From the NCBI GenBank assembly GCA_031367895.1, contig JANLQP010000104.1:6375-70374 (forward strand): DNA of 64,000 nucleotides, given 5' to 3'. The stretch comes from Hyphomicrobiales bacterium. Lineage in GTDB: Bacteria > Pseudomonadota > Alphaproteobacteria > Rhizobiales > Hyphomicrobiaceae. Below, piece after piece: positions 10,792 to 21,399 of the stretch (position 1 is the first letter of the stretch; every line of letters begins with the position of its first letter). The notes below the pieces were generated by a model that did no database searches, had not been told where the DNA came from, and saw nothing but the letters and a program-made list of their open reading frames with translations. The translations under genes were made by a program, and so were the position numbers.

Positions 10792-11256
10792 ATGGTCGAA
10801 GAAGGCAAAATGGCACCCGATTTCGATCTGCTGACGGATGCGGGCACGTCGATCAAGCTCTCGAAGCTGAAGGGCAAGCCTGTCGTGGTGTATTTTTACC
10901 CGAAGGACGATACCCCAGGTTGCACCAAGGAGGCGCAGGATTTCACCTGCCTCGCCGATCAGTTCAAAGGCGCGGGCATCGAGGTCATCGGCATCTCGCC
11001 GGACAGCGTCGCCGCACACGCGAAGTTCCGCAAGAAATACGACTTGAGCGTGCATCTGGCGGCGGATGAGGAAAAGGCAGCCGCCACGGCCTATGGCGTC
11101 TGGGTGGAAAAATCGATGTATGGCAAGACCTACATGGGCGTCGAGCGAGCGACGTTCCTGATCGACGGCAAGGGAAAGGTCGCCAAGGCCTGGCGCAAGG
11201 TGAAAGTGCCGGGGCACGCCGACGAAGTGTTGACTGCGGCCAAAGCCATCAAGTGA
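10792..11256 (+). CDS. bcp: Thioredoxin-dependent thiol peroxidase (peroxiredoxin Bcp)
   Basis: 154 aa. AGGAAGG RBS. The motif YFYPKDDTPGCTKEA contains the peroxidatic Cys in the PxxxTxxC context. Confidence 0.9.
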   Translation: MVEEGKMAPDFDLLTDAGTSIKLSKLKGKPVVVYFYPKDDTPGCTKEAQDFTCLADQFKGAGIEVIGISPDSVAAHAKFRKKYDLSVHLAADEEKAAATAYGVWVEKSMYGKTYMGVERATFLIDGKGKVAKAWRKVKVPGHADEVLTAAKAIK

Positions 11257-11269
11257 GGATTGATCGCAA

Positions 11270-12148
11270 GTGACCGGCGATCCGCGACCAACCCAATGGT
11301 TGCTTTTGCATTCGGGCGATCACGGGCCTCCGGCAGAAAGCCTGATTGCTGCCGCACGCCAGATCGTCATGACGCCTGATACGACCGCCAAGGTTCGGCT
11401 CGCGCACCAGACAGCGGACGCTTGGAACGAGCGCCGCCTCTCGCTCGGCCCATTGAGCACGCGAGAGGAGATGCTGGAGCGGCCGGGGCGGCCAGACAAG
11501 CCGCTGCTGCTGCCGCCAAAAGCCATGCCTCGCCGTTCCGCGCACGGCCTCGAAAACCGCATCGCGCTGCTCCATTCGTTGGCGCATATCGAGCTCAACG
11601 CCGTCGATATGACGTGGGACCTGATCGGCCGTTTCGCGCACGTCCCCATGCCGCGCGCCTACTACGACGATTGGGTGCGGGTCGGCGCCGAAGAAGCTTA
11701 TCATTTCAAACTGTTGAGCGAGCGGCTTGCAGACTTCGGCGCGGCCTACGGTGATCATCCGGCGCATGACGGGCTCTGGCAGTCGGCGCAAGCTACGGGG
11801 GGCAGTCTGCTGGCCCGGCTGGCAGTGGTGCCACTCGTCCTCGAGGCGCGCGGACTGGACGTCAGCCCCTCGATCATCGCCAACCTGGAGTCGGCCGGCG
11901 ACGAGAAATCCGCAGCCGTGCTCGGCATTATTTATCGCGACGAGAAGCACCACGTTGCGTTCGGCGCCAAGTGGTTCCGCCACCTTTGCGAGCAAGAGGG
12001 CCGCGCACCCGAGCCGACGTTCCATGACATGGTACGTCGGTATTTCCGCGGTCCCGTGAAGCCGCCATTCAACGACAAGGCACGCGCCGAAGCCGGCCTG
12101 ACGCCAGGCTTCTACCGGCCGCTGGTCGCTGTCGGCCGCGTGAAATGA
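11270..12148 (+). CDS. Ferritin-like DUF455 family protein
   Basis: 292-aa ORF with a GTG start. HIELNAVDMTWDLIGRF and EARGLDV stretches match my recollection of DUF455. Start codon uncertain. Confidence 0.7.
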   Translation: MTGDPRPTQWLLLHSGDHGPPAESLIAAARQIVMTPDTTAKVRLAHQTADAWNERRLSLGPLSTREEMLERPGRPDKPLLLPPKAMPRRSAHGLENRIALLHSLAHIELNAVDMTWDLIGRFAHVPMPRAYYDDWVRVGAEEAYHFKLLSERLADFGAAYGDHPAHDGLWQSAQATGGSLLARLAVVPLVLEARGLDVSPSIIANLESAGDEKSAAVLGIIYRDEKHHVAFGAKWFRHLCEQEGRAPEPTFHDMVRRYFRGPVKPPFNDKARAEAGLTPGFYRPLVAVGRVK

Positions 12149-12235
12149 GTGCTGCAATGCGGCGCGTTGTCGACGCCTGCCTGCCCGATTAATGGTGTCG
12201 CCATATCGTGTTCAGATCAGCAGCCGAGGTGACAC

Positions 12236-13207
12236 ATGCGTCGTCGTGACTTTCTGGGACTGGCCGGCGCCTCACTTGCTGCAGGCCTTCCGAACCCGGC
12301 CCTCGCGCAAGGCGCCAAATGGCCCGAGCGGACCGTCAAATTCGTCCTCCCCTATGCTCCTGGTGGTGCCACAGACTTGATCGGGCGGCCCTGGGCCGAC
12401 AAGCTGACACAGGCCTTCGGGCAGCAATTCGTGATCGAAAACCGGGGTGGCGCCTCCGGCGTGATCGGCACCGAAGCAGTCGCGAAATCGGCCCCTGACG
12501 GCTACACGTTCCTGCTGACGCCGAACGCGCCGCTCTCGGTCCAGACGCAACTGCGCAAGCTCTCCTACGACGCCTTCAAAAGCTTCGCGCCGGTCGGCCG
12601 CGTCGGCGATCTGATCAGCGGTTTCGCCATCCATCCGGCGGTCGGCGTCTCGACGTTCGCGGAGATGATCGATTACGCCAAGAAAAATCCCGGCAAGCTG
12701 GCCTATGGCTCGGCTGGCAATGGCACCAACTCGCACCTTCGGCTGGAGACCCTGAAAGCTGCAGCGGGCCTCGATATCCTGCACGTGCCCTATCGCGGCA
12801 ATGCCGACGCGCTGAACGATCTCCTCGCCAACAACGTGCAGATGATGAACGAGATCAATCCGATGCCACACGTGAAGGCTGGCAAGCTGAAGCTGCTCGA
12901 CATCAGCTACCCCGAGCGGCATCCGGATTTCCCGGGCGTACCAACGCTTTGGGAGGTCGGCTATGGCGAAACCTATATTCCGAGCTGGTATGCAATTTGG
13001 GCGCCGGCCGGCACTCCCCAAGCAATAATTGACATGCTCAACGCCAAGATGATCGAAATCGCCAAGACACCGGAGATGAAGGCCCAGTTGCTGGCCATCA
13101 ACGTTGCGCTCAAGCCACAAACTGCCGACGAGATGGGCGAGCACCTGGTGAAGGACTACGAGCGGATCGGCGCGCTCTTGAAGCGGATCGAGATCAAGAT
13201 CGAATAG
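12236..13207 (+). CDS. Bug family tripartite tricarboxylate transporter substrate-binding protein (TctC-like)
   Basis: 323 aa. Tat-like signal MRRRDFLGLAGASLAAGLPNPALA. Typical Bug motifs PGGATD and GSAGNGTNSHL. Confidence 0.9.
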   Translation: MRRRDFLGLAGASLAAGLPNPALAQGAKWPERTVKFVLPYAPGGATDLIGRPWADKLTQAFGQQFVIENRGGASGVIGTEAVAKSAPDGYTFLLTPNAPLSVQTQLRKLSYDAFKSFAPVGRVGDLISGFAIHPAVGVSTFAEMIDYAKKNPGKLAYGSAGNGTNSHLRLETLKAAAGLDILHVPYRGNADALNDLLANNVQMMNEINPMPHVKAGKLKLLDISYPERHPDFPGVPTLWEVGYGETYIPSWYAIWAPAGTPQAIIDMLNAKMIEIAKTPEMKAQLLAINVALKPQTADEMGEHLVKDYERIGALLKRIEIKIE

Positions 13208-13314
13208 GCAGTGCAGGCGGTTACAGGGAACAGGGGTGACAGGTTACGCCTCCGCGTCCCGTACTTCCCCGCCACCTGGAACCTGTCAGCATCTTCCCCT
13301 CCTCCTGCACTGCC
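13207..13314. other. Long imperfect palindrome / structured element downstream of the Bug gene
   Basis: GGCAGTGCAGG (13207..13217) is the exact reverse complement of CCTGCACTGCC (13304..13314). An inner pair TGACAGGTT (13237..13245) / AACCTGTCA (13280..13288) is also exact. Confidence 0.4.
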
Positions 13315-13595
13315 TTCTGCGGCATCCCGCCATCCGTGCGCCGGGTTGAACCCCTGCCGAGCACGTGCTAAGTGGTCCACCGTCTTTACAAGGTGCCGCT
13401 GCCGCTCGTCGGTGTGCCGGCCCTTTGATGTTGAACCTCCCTCCAATTGGGTGCCCGCACGGGCTTCCAGCAAGGGGCTGACCTGATGGCCTGATGCCGA
13501 AGTGGGCATCCGCGGCTAAAGGGCACCGGCCGGGTTTCCTTGCGAAATGGGGCATTTGGCGAGAGCGCGAGCACGTGGCGAACGACGATCCAATC

Positions 13596-14137
13596 ATGGC
13601 GAGCGTGCCGGGCAGATATGCCTCGGCGCTGTTTGATCTCGCGAACGACGAGCGCAAGCTGGTCGACGTCGAAGGCGATATGATCCGCGTGCAACAGCTG
13701 CTGGATGCCAATCCGGATCTGGTGCGCATGGTGCGAAGCCCGGTGTTCTCAGCGGACGAGCAAGGCAAAGCGATCACCGCGATTGCCGCCAAGGCTGGGC
13801 TCGGCCCGCTGACGGTCAACTTCCTCAAGCTGCTGGCGCGCAATCGTCGCCTGTTTGCCCTTGCAGACATCGTCAAGGCCTTCCGCGGCATCACCGCGCG
13901 CCACCGCGGCGAAGTGATCGCCGAGGTGACGTCGGCACACCCGCTGACGGAAGCGCAGGCAAACGCGCTCACCGACACGCTGACCGGCACCGCCGGCGGC
14001 AAGAAAGTCCAGATCACCACGAAGGTCGACCCGGCATTGCTCGGCGGCCTGACCGTGAAGATGGGCAGCCGTCTCATCGACAGCTCGCTCCGCACCAAGC
14101 TCAACAGCCTCAAGATGCGCATGAAAGAGGTCCGCTG

Positions 14138-14138
<1 letters not shown>
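13596..14138 (+). CDS. atpH: F0F1 ATP synthase subunit delta (OSCP)
   Basis: Starts at [16 protein letters not shown], a typical delta N-terminus. Its stop overlaps the atpA start (TGATG). ORF in the track is 13494..14138. Confidence 0.85.
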
Positions 14139-15667
<1,529 letters not shown>

Positions 15668-15940
15668 AAGTAGTTGCTATTGCCAACATCGACGATACTC
15701 AAGTGGGCTGCGCTGTTGTTGGTTCTGGTCGTCATGGTTGCTTCTGGCGGATTGGCCTACACACGGTATGAATGGCGGCAATACCAGGTTACGACGGCGG
15801 CTTAGCGGGCGGCCTCGACCCAAGCATGGGATGCTGGGTCAGACTTCCGAGTGGTGGAATGGAGCGCATTGACCCCCGCGCGGCGAAATGAGATCACACG
15901 CTCGACTAGGTTGCTACGCAGAGAATAAGCGAGAAGTGCA

Positions 15941-16159
15941 ATGGACGTTGAACTCATCAGCGATCAGAAAGGGAAGCTTCAGGACCTTGTGGGATCTACG
16001 CGGTCCATTGGCCCCGACGGACCGACCTACCAGGTCCTTCGTATCATCGACGAAACACGCGCCCTTATCTCTATTCTCGAGGCCGAGCGTCAGGTCGAGT
16101 ACGACATCGCGGACATCCTGAAAGATCCTGGACCCGACGCGGCTTGGAAAAATCGCTGA
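15941..16159 (+). CDS. Small protein (72 aa), putative partner/antitoxin of the downstream VapD-like gene
   Basis: Its stop overlaps the next start (TGATG at 16157..16161). It is a paralogue of the 80-aa ORF 17404..17646: 15 identities in a 52-residue ungapped hand alignment, sharing GPxGPxYxV and L.DP. Confidence 0.6.
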   Translation: MDVELISDQKGKLQDLVGSTRSIGPDGPTYQVLRIIDETRALISILEAERQVEYDIADILKDPGPDAAWKNR

Positions 16160-16446
16160 TGTTTGGGCTGGCGTTCGATCTCGACACAGTGGCCGCAAAA
16201 CGAAATCATCCCCGCGGGTCGTCGGCGCAGGCATACACAGACATCAGGATGACGCTGGCCCCCTATGGGTTCGAACGCATTCAGGGCAGCACGTATGCAG
16301 CGAGCCATGAAGATCATGGCAAGCTCTTTCTCGCGCTGACTGCCCTGCGAAATTTGACTTGGCTCGGTACCAGCTTGCACAACGTCCGGGTGTCCCGGAT
16401 GGAACAGGGAACGGACTTCACCGAAATCATGAAGTCTCCACGTTAA
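16159..16446 (+). CDS. VapD-like (Cas2-fold endoribonuclease family) protein, divergent copy
   Basis: 95 aa starting MFGLAFDL. It keeps the AYTDI..L.P.GFERIQGS.Y core of VapD. The C-terminal motif is degenerate (SRMEQGTDFT instead of F.VE.WSDFT). About 36 identical positions in my hand alignment to the copy at 17657..17935. Confidence 0.8.
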   Translation: MFGLAFDLDTVAAKRNHPRGSSAQAYTDIRMTLAPYGFERIQGSTYAASHEDHGKLFLALTALRNLTWLGTSLHNVRVSRMEQGTDFTEIMKSPR

Positions 16447-16473
16447 CGAAAAAGACGCGCAGGATTCAAATCG

Positions 16474-17349
16474 ATGGCCTCACTCAAAGAGATGCGAAAC
16501 CGCATTGCCTCCGTTAAGGCGACGCGGAAAATTACCAAGGCCATGCAGATGGTCGCAGCCGCCAAGCTGCGTCGCGCACAGGAAGCGGCCCAGGCCGCGC
16601 GTCCCTACGCCGAGCGCATGGACCGCGTGCTCGCCAATCTGGCATCGAAAGCCAGCAAGGAGGGCGCCTCGCCGCTTCTCGTTGGCACTGGCAAGGACCA
16701 GGTGCACCTGCTCGTCGTCATGACCGCCGAGCGCGGCCTGTGCGGCGGCTTCAACTCGAACATCGCCCGTCTCGCACGCGCGGATATTCAGCGGCTGAAT
16801 CGTGACGGCAAGACGGTCAAGATCATGTGCGTCGGTCGCAAAGGTGCGGACAACCTGCGCCGGGACTTCGCCCGCCAGATCGTCGACCGCATCGACCTCA
16901 AGGCTGTGAAGCAGATGAGCTTCACCAATGCCGAGGATATCAGCCGGAAGGTGATGGCGATGTTCGAGGCGAAAGAGTTCGACATCTGCACGATCTACTT
17001 CTCGCAGTTCCAGAGCGTGATCGCGCAAAAGCCGACCGCGTTGCAGCTGATTCCAGCCAAAGTGCCCGAGGCGAAGGCCGACGCGGGCGCGAAATCGGCC
17101 GTCGAATACGAGCCCTCCGAGGAAGAGGTGCTTGGCGATCTCTTGGTCCGCAACATTTCGACACAGATCTTCCGCGGCCTCCTGGAGAACGCGGCGTCCG
17201 AGCAGGGCGCGCGGATGTCGGCCATGGACAATGCGACGCGTAACGCCGGCGACATGATCAACAAGCTGACGATCAAGTACAACCGCCAGCGTCAGGCGAA
17301 CATCACGAAGGAGTTGATCGAGATCATTTCGGGCGCCGAGGCGCTTTGA
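16474..17349 (+). CDS. atpG: F0F1 ATP synthase subunit gamma
   Basis: 291 aa. N-terminal [36 protein letters not shown] and C-terminal [15 protein letters not shown] are classic gamma-subunit ends. Confidence 0.97.
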   Translation: MASLKEMRNRIASVKATRKITKAMQMVAAAKLRRAQEAAQAARPYAERMDRVLANLASKASKEGASPLLVGTGKDQVHLLVVMTAERGLCGGFNSNIARLARADIQRLNRDGKTVKIMCVGRKGADNLRRDFARQIVDRIDLKAVKQMSFTNAEDISRKVMAMFEAKEFDICTIYFSQFQSVIAQKPTALQLIPAKVPEAKADAGAKSAVEYEPSEEEVLGDLLVRNISTQIFRGLLENAASEQGARMSAMDNATRNAGDMINKLTIKYNRQRQANITKELIEIISGAEAL

Positions 17350-17403
17350 CATCCGAATTGATTTCGTATTTGGTTTGTTCTCGTCAACCAGCAGGAGCGG
17401 GAC

Positions 17404-17646
17404 ATGGCTTCACAAGGTCGAGCAACGCGGGGCGGTTATCGCGAGGCACAAGCAAAGTACGGCTTTGCAGAACAGCGCGCTTTCATCGGCGATGTCCGTC
17501 GCTTCGGGCCGTTCGGACCGGCCTACGAGGTGGTTGATGTAAAGGCGAACGGTGACGTCCGCATTGTCGTGATCGAGACAGGCGAGCGCTTGGACTACGC
17601 GCAAGCTGAGTATCTCGCCGATCCTGTCGCCGAAACGGTTCCATGA
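17404..17646 (+). CDS. Small protein (80 aa), putative partner/antitoxin of the downstream VapD gene
   Basis: AGGAG RBS 6 nt upstream. Paralogue of 15941..16159 (GPFGPAYEVV vs GPDGPTYQVL). It ends 10 nt before the VapD start. Confidence 0.65.
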   Translation: MASQGRATRGGYREAQAKYGFAEQRAFIGDVRRFGPFGPAYEVVDVKANGDVRIVVIETGERLDYAQAEYLADPVAETVP

Positions 17647-17656
17647 GGTCTGTGTC

Positions 17657-17935
17657 GTGTTCGCCATAGCATTCGTCATGGTCGTCGCCGATATCAGGCA
17701 GCACTATCCCAAGGGGATATCGAGCGCCTACACGGAAATCGGGAAAACGCTCACGCCGCATGGGTTCGAGCGGGTTCAGGGGAGTGTCTACCTGACGCAT
17801 AACGCCAGCTTGGCGAACCTGTTCGATGCGATCGACGCATTGAAAGCAATGAAGTGGTTCAAGCTTTGTGCCCGCGACGTCCGCGGCTTCAAGGTCGAGA
17901 ACTGGTCGGATTTCACAGCGTCCGTTAAGCGCTGA
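17657..17935 (+). CDS. vapD: Virulence-associated protein D (VapD) family endoribonuclease-like protein
   Basis: 92 aa with a GTG start. MFAIAF...YPKG.S.AYTEI...L...GFERVQGSVY...LF.AI.ALK...WF...VRGFKVENWSDFT matches the VapD family pattern, as recalled from Helicobacter and Haemophilus VapD, along the full length. Confidence 0.9.
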   Translation: MFAIAFVMVVADIRQHYPKGISSAYTEIGKTLTPHGFERVQGSVYLTHNASLANLFDAIDALKAMKWFKLCARDVRGFKVENWSDFTASVKR

Positions 17936-17975
17936 ACGAATGCGCGGCTACCCCACCGGCGCCGCATGGGAATGA

Positions 17976-19436
<1,461 letters not shown>

Positions 19437-19469
19437 ACCGCGGCATGCGCCGCAGAAAGTGAGACCGTC

Positions 19470-19721
19470 ATGGCCGCCGACGACAAGAAGTTCGGCTCGT
19501 GCTGCGAACTGTTGCGCGATGCGATGAGCGACGAGGATTTCGATCCGCTCATCACAGTCGGCGAAGATGACGGCATCCTCTATCTCTCTGTCGGCCTGAT
19601 CGACGTCGAGGAAGAGCAGCCGGGCTCGGTCGAGTATCCGATGCTGCACTGCCCGTTCTGCGGCACCGCACTGCAGACGCAGGACGAGATCGACGCGAAG
19701 AGCGCCGGTAAGGCCAACTGA
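19470..19721 (+). CDS. Acidic 83-aa protein with a C-terminal CPFCG motif, function unknown
   Basis: Strong GC3 codon bias like the neighbouring atp genes. It lies on the same strand between atpD and atpC. Cys residues are CC near the N-terminus and CPFC near the C-terminus. Confidence 0.65.
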   Translation: MAADDKKFGSCCELLRDAMSDEDFDPLITVGEDDGILYLSVGLIDVEEEQPGSVEYPMLHCPFCGTALQTQDEIDAKSAGKAN

Positions 19722-19761
19722 GCTGAACGGCTGCGGCCGCTGACAAGAGCATGGGACCGAT

Positions 19762-20190
19762 ATGGCAGGTACGTTCAAGTTCGAGCTGGTGACGCCCGAG
19801 CGCATGATTATCCCGGAGCTTGCGGGCGACCCTAAATCACCCGCCTCGGCCGATGCCGAACAGGTGGTTGTGCCCGGCGCCGACGGGCAGTTCACGGTGC
19901 TCGCCGGCCATGCGCCTGTGATCGCGGCACTGCGCCCCGGCGTGCTCGACATCAAGCTCACCAACGGTCAGCGGCGCATCTTTGTGCGGGGCGGCTTTGC
20001 CGAGGTGGAGCCGGACCGCCTCACCGTGCTGGCGCAGCACTACATCGACCTGGACGGCAAGGACCGCGGCAAGATCGAATCTGAGCTCAAGTCGGCGGAA
20101 GCACAGCTGGCGGACGCGAAGGACGACTCTTCCCGGCTCGCCGCGCGGGACGCCGTCGACGCACTCCGGTCGCTTGCGGCGGCCGGCTGA
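19762..20190 (+). CDS. atpC: F0F1 ATP synthase subunit epsilon
   Basis: 142 aa. FKFELVTPE...VVVPGADGQFTVLAGHAP is typical of epsilon. There is an extra stretch of about 12 aa (PELAGDPKSPASAD) near the N-terminus. Confidence 0.9.
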   Translation: MAGTFKFELVTPERMIIPELAGDPKSPASADAEQVVVPGADGQFTVLAGHAPVIAALRPGVLDIKLTNGQRRIFVRGGFAEVEPDRLTVLAQHYIDLDGKDRGKIESELKSAEAQLADAKDDSSRLAARDAVDALRSLAAAG

Positions 20191-20332
20191 GTCCTGTAGG
20201 GCGCGTTAAGCAACCCCGTAATGCGCCGATGCGGTATCAAGGTCGGCGTAATTAAGGCTTCGCCTATTGCGCCCACCGGCATGGAATCTGCGAAGCGAAG
20301 CCGTCAACCCTTGCGCGCGAAGGACCGACCCC

Positions 20333-20905
20333 ATGGCCCGCATTCCCTATCCCGATCTTGCCAAGGCGTCGCCCGAAGTCCGCGACATGCTCGGCCGACT
20401 GCCGTCGCCGGCTAACATTTTCAACATGATGGCGCATGCCGAGACGTGCCTGAAGCCCGTCATGAAGCTTGGCGGTACCCTGCTCGGCAAACTGAAACTC
20501 GCTCCGATGCTGCGCGAGTTGTGCCTGCTGCACGCGGTCAAGCTCGAAGGCGGAGATTACGAGTGGGTGCAACATGTGCCGATCGCGCTCGATCTCGGCG
20601 CGACGCAGCCGCAAATCGATGCGCTCGCCAAGGGCGACGACAAGGCCGGCTGTTTCAACGCGCTGGAGAAGGCCGCGCTCGCTTTCACGCGCGAGGTGGT
20701 CGTCGACGCCAAGGCGTCTGAAACAACGCTCGCAGAACTGCGCCGACATCTGTCGGAGCGTGAGGTCGTAGAGCTGATTCTGATGTCGGGCTTCTACATC
20801 ACTTTGGCGCGGCTCACCGAAACGCTTGGTGTCGAGAACGATCCGCCGATGGGCAGCGCCCTCATTCGCGGCATCGAGAAGAGGGTTGCCGCGAAGAAGC
20901 CGTGA
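20333..20905 (+). CDS. Carboxymuconolactone decarboxylase (AhpD-like) family protein
   Basis: Starts at MARIPYPDL, inside ORF 20267..20905. CMD-type helical repeat including YEWVQH. Confidence 0.85.
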   Translation: MARIPYPDLAKASPEVRDMLGRLPSPANIFNMMAHAETCLKPVMKLGGTLLGKLKLAPMLRELCLLHAVKLEGGDYEWVQHVPIALDLGATQPQIDALAKGDDKAGCFNALEKAALAFTREVVVDAKASETTLAELRRHLSEREVVELILMSGFYITLARLTETLGVENDPPMGSALIRGIEKRVAAKKP

Positions 20906-21012
20906 ACGGTCCCGCAGCCGCGCCGCGGGCAGACCCTGGTCACGGCGCCGGGGGCAGACCCAGATCGAGGTCCGGCTTGCCGAACGGGCAAGGGTCTGGC
21001 CCCGTTCAATCG

Positions 21013-21282
21013 TCAATACTTCTTGCCGACTATCAGCCTGACGCCTGCCGGCCCAATCTCCTCGAAGTGCAGCCGCCCCTCGGCCACCTCGAACACGTCG
21101 CCCGTGCGATAGGTCGTCGGTTTGCCTTCCAGCGTGACGGTGAAATCGCCCTCCAGGATCAGACCGCGCACCGAGAAATGGTGCCCGTGCTCGCCGTTGG
21201 CCGGGCGCGGCTCGTAGCGCTTGGTCTCGATCTCCCGGTAACCGTCGGCGTTGAGGCCTGATTCGAAGATTTGTGTATCCAT
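21013..21282 (-). CDS. Cupin domain protein
   Basis: 89 aa. GEHGHHF...G.....G....Y..GD.F.V is a cupin two-motif pattern. Confidence 0.7.
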   Translation of the reverse strand: MDTQIFESGLNADGYREIETKRYEPRPANGEHGHHFSVRGLILEGDFTVTLEGKPTTYRTGDVFEVAEGRLHFEEIGPAGVRLIVGKKY

Positions 21283-21399
21283 GGCAAGTCTCCGTTGACG
21301 TGATGTGCTGCACCCAATTCTGCTCGTTTATGCCACGCTTTGTTGTTCCGTGGTAGTCGGTTGGGAACTGCCCGATCAAATCCGAGCGAGACCGAGCCG

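Noticed and set aside
15888-16380. Alternative ORFs overlapping cassette 1 (15888..16121 plus strand, 15914..16234 and 16090..16380 minus strand).
   Set aside because: The frames 15941..16159 and 16159..16446 are supported by paralogy to cassette 2 and by VapD family motifs. The alternatives have no such support.
19470-19721. Whether the 83-aa protein is the alphaproteobacterial zeta inhibitor (DUF1476) of F1-ATPase.
   Set aside because: The sequence does not resemble the Paracoccus zeta subunit as I remember it (no shared motifs, different length, Cys-containing). It is kept as an unknown protein.
20191-20260. Hairpin GGCGCGTTA-N10-TAATGCGCC after atpC as the operon terminator.
   Set aside because: The 9-bp stem includes a G-U pair, the loop is 10 nt, and no U-tract follows. 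This is too weak to call.
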